64,000 nucleotides of DNA from Candidatus Dojkabacteria bacterium (GTDB taxonomy: Bacteria; Patescibacteriota; Dojkabacteria; SC72), in assembly GCA_050950165.1 (NCBI GenBank), contig JBMNHC010000001.1, positions 657,073 through 721,072 of the forward strand, written 5' to 3'. The notes beneath the pieces are model-generated. The model had not been told where the DNA came from. It made no database searches and saw only the letters and a program-made list of their open reading frames with translations. The number at the start of each line of letters is the position of its first letter. Position 1 is the stretch's first letter. A program made the position numbers and the translations under genes. Below are positions 18,437 through 27,661 of the stretch, piece after piece.

Positions 18437-20173
18437 ATGAGAAGATTTAAACTTTTTGTATTACTGCTTACACTCTTTTTAGTTTTAGGTTCTTCTCACT
18501 CTGTCTTTGCAGATGAATCTGAAAAGATATTAGAGTTTAAGAGTGATATTGTTGTAAACAAGGATGCTACCATTGATATTGAAGAAAACATCATTTATCA
18601 ACCAGGAATCAGTGATACAAGACATGGGCTTCTGTGGCAAATACCATTTCAATATTTAGTAAAGGGATTTAAAAGACCAACGAAGGTAGATATTAAGAGT
18701 GTTGAGTATCATCCTCTCTCTGATTCAGATGATGTCATATTGAATAGATATTCTAGATCTGTAGAGAATGGTTGGTTAATGTTGAAGATAGGGGATGCTG
18801 AAAAATATATTAATGAACCTCATCAATACACTATTAAATATACATTGAAATATTCAGGTATCTCCTATTTCGATGAACATGATGAAATATATCTTAATGT
18901 CATTGGTCCAGGATGGAATATCCCTATAGAGAATCCATCTGCTACTGTTAAGTTCCCTGGCAAAGTCTTAGATACTGTCTGCTATATCGGTCCAGATGGT
19001 TCTACTGTACAAGAGGGTTGTGTATTAACTACAGATAGCGAGAGTAGTATTAGTATAGGGTTGGATAAGCGTCTTGAGCCTTTTGAGGGTTATACATTTG
19101 CTACTAAGCTTCCAAAGGGTAGTATTGAAAATACTCTAAATGAACAGTTTAAATTGGTAATACTCTCTAATATTGGAATACTTCTCCCTATTCCTCTAGG
19201 TATATACCTATTCTTTTTCTTAAGAAGAAGATACAGTAACAAGAAACTAACAGTTATACCCTACTATGAACCAGAGAAAGATATGGATGTACTAGTTAGT
19301 GGTATCTTACTAAAACAGAGATACAATCCTAAATATATAACAGCTACTTTAATAGAGTTAGCTGTTAATGGATATCTGAAGATTAGAGAGTATAAAAAGA
19401 AAAAATATGAGATAGTTAAAAGAGAGAAGGATAGTGATGATTTACCTACATATTTTAAATCTCTGTATGATGCAATTTTTGCACATGGTGATGTTGTTCC
19501 ACTAAATAAATTAACTAGCTTCTTTACTACTGCTAACAAGGTATATTTGGAAGGATTTAGTTCTCTTAAAGAGAGAGGTTTACTTTCAACAAAAAAGATA
19601 AATGTAAAACAGACATTCATTATCCTTTCATCTATTTTTACAATCCTTCCTACCTTCTTAGGAGAGATCTTCTTTATTAACGCTGCACTTGGGTGGCTTT
19701 TCGGTATTGTAATCTCTGCAATTTTGCTCGCCATATTTTCATTTACAATTGATACCCGCTCTGAAACTGGTAACAAAAAATATCACTATCTTTTAGGACT
19801 AAAGATGTATATTAATACTGCAGAGAAGAAAAGGATAGAGTTTCATAATGATCCTAAAAAGTATGTTGGTATATTTGAGAAATTACTACCTTACGCAATG
19901 ATATTCAATCTAGAGAAGAAATGGGCTAATGAATTTAAAGAGATATATACAGAGATCCCAGATTGGTATGAAGGAGACTTTACTACCTTTAATGCTTACT
20001 ACTTAGCAAACTCTTTGTCTTCATTTAACTCTTCAGTTACAAAGAGTTCTACTACCTCTTCCTATGATAGCTCTGGAGGGTATAGATCTGGTGGATGGAG
20101 TTCTGGAGGTGGAGGGTTTAGTGGTGGTAGTTCAGGAGGAGGTGGTGGTGGCTCTGGTGGTGGAGGATGGTAA
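18437..20173 (+). CDS. DUF2207 membrane protein
   Basis: Signal peptide, LLPYAM motif, Gly/Ser-rich tail ending GGGW; typical partner of lemA. Confidence 0.85.
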   Translation: MRRFKLFVLLLTLFLVLGSSHSVFADESEKILEFKSDIVVNKDATIDIEENIIYQPGISDTRHGLLWQIPFQYLVKGFKRPTKVDIKSVEYHPLSDSDDVILNRYSRSVENGWLMLKIGDAEKYINEPHQYTIKYTLKYSGISYFDEHDEIYLNVIGPGWNIPIENPSATVKFPGKVLDTVCYIGPDGSTVQEGCVLTTDSESSISIGLDKRLEPFEGYTFATKLPKGSIENTLNEQFKLVILSNIGILLPIPLGIYLFFFLRRRYSNKKLTVIPYYEPEKDMDVLVSGILLKQRYNPKYITATLIELAVNGYLKIREYKKKKYEIVKREKDSDDLPTYFKSLYDAIFAHGDVVPLNKLTSFFTTANKVYLEGFSSLKERGLLSTKKINVKQTFIILSSIFTILPTFLGEIFFINAALGWLFGIVISAILLAIFSFTIDTRSETGNKKYHYLLGLKMYINTAEKKRIEFHNDPKKYVGIFEKLLPYAMIFNLEKKWANEFKEIYTEIPDWYEGDFTTFNAYYLANSLSSFNSSVTKSSTTSSYDSSGGYRSGGWSSGGGGFSGGSSGGGGGGSGGGGW

Positions 20174-20191
20174 ATTGTAATATCTTAATAT

Positions 20192-20908
20192 ATGGGTATA
20201 TTAGATTTTCTTTTTGGTCCTAAGGTTAGTACTACCTCTTTTCTTGAATTAAGGAAAAAGATTGTAAATCTTAGAGCTTCTAATCTCTATCCATATCCAT
20301 ACAATCTTCCTCAGGCTGTACAGTTTCCTCCAGATTTTTGGAAAGATTTAATAAATATATACAAAAAGACATACAAAGATGGATTAGAGAGAGCTTTTTC
20401 TGTTTTTTGGGCAGATGGTGAAGTAGTATTAACTGAAGTAAATACAGGTACTGAAAAGATGGTCAAAAGTGGAGGTAGTATACAGGTTAAATATTCACAC
20501 CATCCAACTAAGAAAGAGTATGCAAGAAAAGAACTTTACTTAGATGGCAAACTATTAAAAAGAAGAGATATATATCACAAGAGTGTACCTAAGACCTTAG
20601 AAGTACAATATCTTTTTAATATTCATACTCATCCTAAACATACTAGAGAAGATGGAAGTATATATTACAACTTCTTCTCTGCTCAAGATATTAAAGCTTT
20701 ACTTTCCTCTAATGCAATTATGACTGGATTAGTTACAGACAAACTGTGGCTTCTGATTAGAACAGACAAAACCCCTAGTAGGGTAGATAGCCTTGTAGAT
20801 TCTGATGTTACACCAAAGTATTTAGAAGAAACTTTAAATATCGGATTGTACAAAGGAGAGTTTAATAAAAAGTTGTATAGATACTCCCTAGTAAAAGAAA
20901 CTAATTAG
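20192..20908 (+). CDS. Hypothetical protein with JAB/MPN-like metal motif
   Basis: E...IHTHP...FSAQD. Confidence 0.55.
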   Translation: MGILDFLFGPKVSTTSFLELRKKIVNLRASNLYPYPYNLPQAVQFPPDFWKDLINIYKKTYKDGLERAFSVFWADGEVVLTEVNTGTEKMVKSGGSIQVKYSHHPTKKEYARKELYLDGKLLKRRDIYHKSVPKTLEVQYLFNIHTHPKHTREDGSIYYNFFSAQDIKALLSSNAIMTGLVTDKLWLLIRTDKTPSRVDSLVDSDVTPKYLEETLNIGLYKGEFNKKLYRYSLVKETN

Positions 20909-21579
20909 TCTCTTCTTCTAATTAGTGATGCATAGTAGAGAATATTAAGCAGAGAAGCTAGTAAAGCTGCAACATATGTCGTTGCTGCTGCTAAAAGAAT
21001 ATCTCTAGCTCTTCCCATTCTACTTTTATCTATCAGGTTATACTTCTTTATAAATCTCATTGCTCTCTTACTAGCATCTATCTCTATTGGTATGGTAATT
21101 AAGGCAAATACTGTAGTAAGAGCAAAGAGCATTAACCCTATCTCTGCTAAATTAAGCATATTTAATATTAGCCCTACAATTATTAATATATATCCTAATC
21201 TAGACCCAATATTTACAATTGGAACTAAGCCTAATCTCATATTAAAAAAAAGAGAGTTTGAAAATTTCTGCTCTACATGACCGAACTCATGAGCAACAAC
21301 AGCTACAGAAGCTACAGAGTCCTCTTTTGAAAGTGAAGATATATGAACAAGATCTTTGGTTGGATCAAAGTGATCAGTAAGAGCAGCTCCCCCTACTTCT
21401 ACATCTACACTAAATGATTCACCATCTTTAATTATCTGTGCAACCTCTACACCTGTAATATTTTTACCTGTAGGAATGGATCTATTCCTGTTAAATGAAG
21501 TAGTAATCCATAACTGAGCAATTAGAGCAAGTAAAATTCCAGGAATTATATAAATGTAATATATTGGATCAAAATACAT
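20905..21579 (-). CDS. YugP-like neutral zinc metallopeptidase
   Basis: LTDHFDP, AHEFGH, PIEIDAS.RA, AAATTYVAA. Confidence 0.88.
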   Translation of the reverse strand: MYFDPIYYIYIIPGILLALIAQLWITTSFNRNRSIPTGKNITGVEVAQIIKDGESFSVDVEVGGAALTDHFDPTKDLVHISSLSKEDSVASVAVVAHEFGHVEQKFSNSLFFNMRLGLVPIVNIGSRLGYILIIVGLILNMLNLAEIGLMLFALTTVFALITIPIEIDASKRAMRFIKKYNLIDKSRMGRARDILLAAATTYVAALLASLLNILYYASLIRRRD

Positions 21580-21683
21580 TGATAGAAAGTACTAAATTGT
21601 TTGGTAATTAAGTGTATCACAAAATTTGAAATTAGAAGAAGTAAAGATTAATATTAAATGTATAACTTTGTACAATTAAATAT

Positions 21684-22526
21684 ATGAAGTTTAAAAAAGG
21701 AAAGAAGTATCTATGTATGTTAGCTCCTTCATTTGTTTCAGTATATGAATACCCAGATATTGTGTACAGATTAAGGGCATTAGGATTTGATAAAGTAGTA
21801 GAAGTAACATTTGGTGCTAAAATGACTAATCTCTCTTACTACCAAATATTAAAAGAGAAAAATGATAGAACCTGGATCTCTTCTCCTTGCCCTACCCTTG
21901 TCAATGTAATTAGAGCTAAATATCCTCATCTGCTTCCTAATCTAGTTCCTGTTCACTCCCCTATGGGTAGTATGGGCTTAATATGCAGAAAGTTTTTCCC
22001 AGGATATGTAAACATATTTGTAGGTCCCTGCTTAACTAAAAAGATAGAGGCTAAGGAGTTGGATAGTATAGATGAGGTATTAACATTTAAAGAGTTAGAT
22101 GACCTCTTTATCAAACACAATATTCCTGAAAAAATAGAGGACTCTAAGTATTGTGCTACTTTCGATAAGTTCTACAACGACTACACCAAGATATATCCTC
22201 TCTCAGGAGGTCTCTCTGATACACTTGCATATCACCATATCTTAAAAAAGAAGGATATACTGGTTATGGAAGGTATGGATAACATCATTAAAATCTTAGA
22301 TGGATTTAAAGATGGATATTACAAGAATTATAAATTTTTAGATATCCTTACCTGTAAGGGTGGTTGTATCAATGGTCCTAGTATTAACTATCGACACTCT
22401 ATTAACGAGAGAATTAAGCGAGTTAGAAAGTATAGAAACTTTGCAGCTAGGTATGAGAAAGACTTAGGCAAGAGTGGTAAAAAAGCAGATGCAGAAGGTA
22501 TAGATTTTGGAAGAGAATTTGTGTAA
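21684..22526 (+). CDS. [FeFe]-hydrogenase large-subunit C-terminal domain protein (minimal, non-canonical)
   Basis: LAPSF, ISSPCP, GPCLTKKIE, DILTCKGGCING. Confidence 0.8.
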   Translation: MKFKKGKKYLCMLAPSFVSVYEYPDIVYRLRALGFDKVVEVTFGAKMTNLSYYQILKEKNDRTWISSPCPTLVNVIRAKYPHLLPNLVPVHSPMGSMGLICRKFFPGYVNIFVGPCLTKKIEAKELDSIDEVLTFKELDDLFIKHNIPEKIEDSKYCATFDKFYNDYTKIYPLSGGLSDTLAYHHILKKKDILVMEGMDNIIKILDGFKDGYYKNYKFLDILTCKGGCINGPSINYRHSINERIKRVRKYRNFAARYEKDLGKSGKKADAEGIDFGREFV

Positions 22527-22560
22527 GCTAGTTCTGTTTTAAATTAATATTTTGTTGTAC

Positions 22561-23001
22561 ATGAATGATTTTATGAAAGTAGCACTTGATGAAGCTAGAA
22601 AAGGAATGAAAAGAGGACACGGTGGTCCATTTGGTGCAGTTATTGTTAAAGATGGAAAGATAATTGCAAAAGGCCATAGCAGAGTATTAAAAGAAAAGGA
22701 TGCTACATCTCATGCTGAAATTAATGTGATAAGGAAGGCTAATAAGAAACTTAAATCATATGACCTTTCTTCCTGTGAGATATATACTACTGGCCAACCA
22801 TGCAAAATGTGTGAAGCAGCTATTAACTGGGCAAAAATTAAAAAAGTATACTTTGGAAATACATATAGAGATGCACTAAATATGGGATTTAATGACCAAA
22901 CAGGTAATAATGATAAAGTAAAATATACTAGATTAGATAGTACAGAGACAGTAAAATTAGTTGAGGAGTGGAATTCATTGCATAAGAAGAAGCTTTATTA
23001 A
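22561..23001 (+). CDS. Nucleoside/guanine deaminase (cytidine deaminase fold)
   Basis: GGPFGAVIV, HAE, PCKMC. Confidence 0.85.
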   Translation: MNDFMKVALDEARKGMKRGHGGPFGAVIVKDGKIIAKGHSRVLKEKDATSHAEINVIRKANKKLKSYDLSSCEIYTTGQPCKMCEAAINWAKIKKVYFGNTYRDALNMGFNDQTGNNDKVKYTRLDSTETVKLVEEWNSLHKKKLY

Positions 23002-23062
23002 CCATATTGACTTTTTCTTCTCTGACCTATAATCTATCTAATAACCTCAAAATATTAGTTAT

Positions 23063-24694
23063 ATGTCTAAATACATTTTTGTATCTGGAGGAGTAATTTC
23101 TGGAATCGGTAAAGGAATTTCTGCAGCTTCCATTGGTGTTTTGCTTAAATCATATGGGTATAAGATTACCATGTTAAAAGCAGATCCATATCTAAATGTA
23201 GATGCTGGTACTATGAACCCTTCTGAACATGGTGAAACTTTTGTATTAGAAGATGGTTTTGAAACAGATATGGATATCGGTAGTTATGAAAGGTTTGTTA
23301 ATGAATCTTTCTCTCGTCCCAACTCTATGACATGTGGTGCGGTACTTGAGAAAGTAATTAAGGATGAGAGATCTTTAGCATATGATGGTAAATGGGTTAG
23401 TCTTGATTACCATGTTCCAAATGAAGCTATCTCATGGATTAAGAGTGTTGCTAAAAGCAGTAAAGCAGAAATTACCATTGTAGAGATAGGGGGTACAGTA
23501 GGAGAGATTGCTAATGGACTGTTTTTGGAAGTGAATAAGATTATGAAAATTGAAGCTCCTAATGATGTTATACATGTTCATCTCTCATATCTTCCAGTAC
23601 CAAATACTTTAGGAGAAATGAAAAGTAAGCCTGTTCAAGTTTCAACACAACTTCTTAATACACACGGAATACATCCAGATTTTCTAATAGCAAGATCAGA
23701 GTATGAATTAGATCGCATTAGAATAGAAAAACTTTCTAGATACTGCTATGTTCCTGTTAACCATATTGTCTCTGCAGTTGATACAGATTGTATATATGAT
23801 GTTCCCGTTAACTTTAAGAGAGCAAATTTAGGAATAAATATTCTTAAGAAACTTAATCTAAAGCCTAAGAAAACATCTATTATAGATAAATGGGTTAAGA
23901 AAACAGAGAGGATGAAAAAGATTAAAAAAGAGATAAATATAGGGATAATTGGAAGAAGTCCTAAAAGTGGTAAATTTGATTTAAAAGACTCGTATGTTTC
24001 TGTTTTAGAAGCTATTAATCATGCTAGCTGGGAGAAGATGTCCAAACCAAATATTCACTGGATTGAAGCAGAAGGGTTTAGATCGAAAGAGAAATTAAGA
24101 GAAAAACTTTTAGAGATGGATGCTATAGTAGTTCTCCAAGGCATTGGAAAAGAAGATATGGAAGGTAAGATAAGAGCAGTAGAGATTGCAAGAGAGAGTA
24201 AACTCCCTTTCTTAGGTCTTGGATACGGTTTTCAAATTGCAGTAGTAGAATATGCTAGAAATGTATGTAAGATAAAAGATGCTACTACACAAGAGATAGA
24301 CAGTAAGGGAAGTTTAATAATGTATAGAAGAGATACTACAGATGGGAGAAGGTTAGGGAGTTATCCTTGTAAAGTAAAGAGTGGGTCTGTTTTAGAATCT
24401 CTGTATAAAAAGTATAAGAGTTCTCTTTTTAATACCCAGCCTACAGTATTAGAAAGGCACAGAAACAGTTATGAGTTTAATAATGAATATAAAAATATTT
24501 TGGAAGATAAGGGCTTGATATTCTCCTCTATAAGTACAGATAGAAAGTTAGTAGAGGCTGTAGAGATTCCTAAAGAGAAACACCCTTTCTTTATTGCTAC
24601 TCTCTATCATCCTGAGCTTAAAACTAGATTTATTCTACCTCATCCAATATTTATGGGTTTTATAGAGGCAGCCATTAAGAGATCTAAGAGATAA
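23063..24694 (+). CDS. pyrG: CTP synthase with degenerate glutaminase domain
   Basis: GGVISGIGKG, DPYLNVDAGTMNP, EIGGTVG, KSKP.Q; GATase nucleophile motif reads FLGLGYGFQ. Confidence 0.93.
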   Translation: MSKYIFVSGGVISGIGKGISAASIGVLLKSYGYKITMLKADPYLNVDAGTMNPSEHGETFVLEDGFETDMDIGSYERFVNESFSRPNSMTCGAVLEKVIKDERSLAYDGKWVSLDYHVPNEAISWIKSVAKSSKAEITIVEIGGTVGEIANGLFLEVNKIMKIEAPNDVIHVHLSYLPVPNTLGEMKSKPVQVSTQLLNTHGIHPDFLIARSEYELDRIRIEKLSRYCYVPVNHIVSAVDTDCIYDVPVNFKRANLGINILKKLNLKPKKTSIIDKWVKKTERMKKIKKEINIGIIGRSPKSGKFDLKDSYVSVLEAINHASWEKMSKPNIHWIEAEGFRSKEKLREKLLEMDAIVVLQGIGKEDMEGKIRAVEIARESKLPFLGLGYGFQIAVVEYARNVCKIKDATTQEIDSKGSLIMYRRDTTDGRRLGSYPCKVKSGSVLESLYKKYKSSLFNTQPTVLERHRNSYEFNNEYKNILEDKGLIFSSISTDRKLVEAVEIPKEKHPFFIATLYHPELKTRFILPHPIFMGFIEAAIKRSKR

Positions 24695-24697
24695 ATA

Positions 24698-26806
24698 CTA
24701 CTTTTTAATATACGCTTTTATATCAACAACAACTGCTCTACTCTCAGTTATCATTACTGGGTTCATATCTAGTGTAAATATCTCTGGATATGTGGTTAAC
24801 ATTTTTTGTACCTTCTCAATACACTCTATTAGAGCTTCTCTGGCTAGTGCTGGTTTACCTCTGTATCCTGCTATCAGTTTCGATATTTTAGTTTTATCCA
24901 ATATCCTACCTATATTTTCTATACTCTCTGGTAGTAAAAATTTCTCAATATCACTATGTATCTCTGTATATATACCCCCTTGCCCTATTGCAATGAGATG
25001 CCCAAATCCCTCTCCTGTCTCTTCATATACCTGACTATCTCCGTCTCTGTTAGTTCCAATAAAGAATTCTGCTTTTGAGTCTATCATCTCCTGTATTAAT
25101 ATATTAGGAGAGGTAGTTCTTGTAATCTTTGATATATTTCCAACTAATTCTTCAAATTTAGCCTGAAATTCAGATACAGTTCTAATATCTAAGAAAAGGG
25201 CTTTGTAATCTGTTTTATGTGCTAAATCCTTAGATGTTGCTTTTATAGCAACAGGGAAGTTTTTAGTAGCAAACTCGACTGCTTCCTCATAGTTAGCAGT
25301 AATTAATTGATTAGGCATATCAAGATGAAACTCTTTAGATATCTTCTCTACAATATCATCTGGTAGTACCTGTAGCTCATCTGTTAATAACTCCTCTATC
25401 TCTTTTCCATATTTTCTTCTCTTCTTTAATTCAGAGATATCTCTTAATACAAAACTTTTTCTCTTACTTTGGTACTCTGTAAGTTTTGAGATTAGTTTAA
25501 CAGTATCCTCAATATTGTTAGAGAAATACAAACCGTATGCTCTTAGTATCTTGTTACCATCTTCTATCTCTTTTCCTCCTAAAAAGCACGCAAATATAGG
25601 CTTAGAACTTTGATTCTGTAAATCTACAATTACTTTTGCTACACCAGTAATATCTGAAACAAGCTGTGGTGTTAAGATTAGAAGTAAAGTGTCTACATTC
25701 GTGTCATCTAGAAGTATTTTCATCGCCATCTCATATCTATCAAGAAGAGCATCTCCTAGTATATCGATAGGGTTTTTTACACTGGCAAAGGGAGGTAAAT
25801 TTTTAAGAAGTTTCTCCTTACTCTTCTCCCCTATTTCGGCAACTTCTAGATTAAAAGCTTCTACAAAATCTACAGCCATTATTCCTGGACCACCTGCATT
25901 AGTAAGTATTGCTACTTTTTTACCTTTAGGTAATTTTTTTTTAGAGAGAACTTTTAGAGTATCAAACATCTCTTCTGAGCTCTCTACTTTTATTAAATTG
26001 GCTTTCCTGATTGCAGCTAAAGTAGTATCGTAGGATGAGGTAAGAGACCCAGTATGTGAAATTATTGCTTCAGAGGCCCTCTGAGAGCTTCCTGGAGCTA
26101 TTATTACAATCGGTTTATCTACCTTACTAACAATCTCAATGAAGTCTTTTCCATCACTAAACTCTTCTAAGTAAAGAGCAATGGAATCTGTATTTTTATC
26201 TCTCTGTAGATACTCTATTAATTCATTTTCGATGATATCAGCCTTATTTCCAATGGATATTACTTTTGAGAAACCTACATTGTCCTTAGATGCCATATCT
26301 AAAATAGCTGTAATGAAAGCTCCCGACTGAGAGATGAATGCAGTAGTACCATCACCAGGATTAGATCTTGCAAATGAGAGATTAATATTTTCACTATTGT
26401 TTATAAATCCAAGAGTATTCGGTCCTATTAATCTAATACCTGCACTCTTTAGTTTCTTTGCAATATCTTCCTCTAACTCTTTACCCTCTTGACCTGTCTC
26501 TTTAAATCCTGCAGATATGATTATTACACTACCTACTTTCTTTTCAATACACTCATCTATTACTGAACTAACAAACTGAGAAGGTATTACAATACATACC
26601 ATATCTATACTATCTTTAATATCTAGTACTGACTTAAAACACTCCTTACCTTCTATATCACTATACTTAGGATTAACAGGATATATTTTACCTGTATATC
26701 CTCCTTCCATTAGGTTATGAAATATTACAGAACCTATTTTCTCTTTCTCTTTAGATACACCTACTATGGCTATACTCTTTGGTGAAAACAGATTATCTCT
26801 TATCAT
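24698..26806 (-). CDS. ADP-forming acetate--CoA ligase (alpha-beta fusion)
   Basis: CoA-binding N-terminus, SQSGA, SHTGSL, TNAGGPG, AHKTD, LDMNP. Confidence 0.88.
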   Translation of the reverse strand: MIRDNLFSPKSIAIVGVSKEKEKIGSVIFHNLMEGGYTGKIYPVNPKYSDIEGKECFKSVLDIKDSIDMVCIVIPSQFVSSVIDECIEKKVGSVIIISAGFKETGQEGKELEEDIAKKLKSAGIRLIGPNTLGFINNSENINLSFARSNPGDGTTAFISQSGAFITAILDMASKDNVGFSKVISIGNKADIIENELIEYLQRDKNTDSIALYLEEFSDGKDFIEIVSKVDKPIVIIAPGSSQRASEAIISHTGSLTSSYDTTLAAIRKANLIKVESSEEMFDTLKVLSKKKLPKGKKVAILTNAGGPGIMAVDFVEAFNLEVAEIGEKSKEKLLKNLPPFASVKNPIDILGDALLDRYEMAMKILLDDTNVDTLLLILTPQLVSDITGVAKVIVDLQNQSSKPIFACFLGGKEIEDGNKILRAYGLYFSNNIEDTVKLISKLTEYQSKRKSFVLRDISELKKRRKYGKEIEELLTDELQVLPDDIVEKISKEFHLDMPNQLITANYEEAVEFATKNFPVAIKATSKDLAHKTDYKALFLDIRTVSEFQAKFEELVGNISKITRTTSPNILIQEMIDSKAEFFIGTNRDGDSQVYEETGEGFGHLIAIGQGGIYTEIHSDIEKFLLPESIENIGRILDKTKISKLIAGYRGKPALAREALIECIEKVQKMLTTYPEIFTLDMNPVMITESRAVVVDIKAYIKK

Positions 26807-26808
26807 TG

Positions 26809-27660
26809 CTATTGAAATCTAGATAAAATATTTTTAATATCGTAATTCTTAACCTCATCAACTAGTTCTGTTTTTTTCTTCTTCCTATTCTCCAAACTAT
26901 TCAGAAAGTCTGGTCTATTCCTGTTCTGGTATATAACGCCGGTATATATCTTCTCTGTGTCTTTAACAACTGCTACAGCCTCACTAATGGTTTGTTTAGC
27001 GGTAGTATGTGCAATTCTACTACTAAACCACTCAGAATTTGCTTCTTTATTAAATGTTGGACATATCTGCATAATCTCTACTACACTTAAACCTTTATGT
27101 ACTATCGCCTCCTTCATTATCTCAGTTAACTGTTTAGGATCTCCACTGTATCCTCTTGCAAAGAATGTAGGGTTAAGGCTTAATACTAGCTCTCCAATAT
27201 TAATACTTCCTTCTGGTTTACCATCAGGAAAAGCATATATCGGTTTCTTCTCTCTTGTAGTTGCTGTAGCTTGTCCAGTAGTTAATGCAAAATTTTGATT
27301 ATTATGTATTAAAACCATAATATCATAGTTAGATCTAATTGCATGAATTAGATGATCTATTCCCTCATGTAAAACTCCCCCATCTCCAATATCTGCAACT
27401 ACCTTCATTTTACTGTTTGCTAAGTATGCACCTGATGCTAAAGCAATGGACCTTCCATGAAGACCTTTAATTCTAAATCCTTCAATATCATCAGCACCGT
27501 TACCGTTACAACCGATATCAAAGACTAAAACAACTTCGCTAGGAGATAGGTTAAGGTCCACAAATGCCTGTTTGAGAGAGTGATGAATAGCGAAATTACC
27601 ACATCCAGGACACCATGTATTTTTCTCTTTTGTATTAAAATCTTCTACCTTAACTTTCAT
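26809..27660 (-). CDS. 2-oxoacid:ferredoxin oxidoreductase beta subunit
   Basis: WCPGCG, GLHGR, TPP motif GDG...NN, LTTGQ. Confidence 0.92.
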   Translation of the reverse strand: MKVKVEDFNTKEKNTWCPGCGNFAIHHSLKQAFVDLNLSPSEVVLVFDIGCNGNGADDIEGFRIKGLHGRSIALASGAYLANSKMKVVADIGDGGVLHEGIDHLIHAIRSNYDIMVLIHNNQNFALTTGQATATTREKKPIYAFPDGKPEGSINIGELVLSLNPTFFARGYSGDPKQLTEIMKEAIVHKGLSVVEIMQICPTFNKEANSEWFSSRIAHTTAKQTISEAVAVVKDTEKIYTGVIYQNRNRPDFLNSLENRKKKKTELVDEVKNYDIKNILSRFQ

Positions 27661-27661
27661 C

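Noticed and set aside
20070-20173. G-rich low-complexity tract as G-quadruplex or repeat element
   Set aside because: Encodes the normal Gly/Ser tail of DUF2207 proteins
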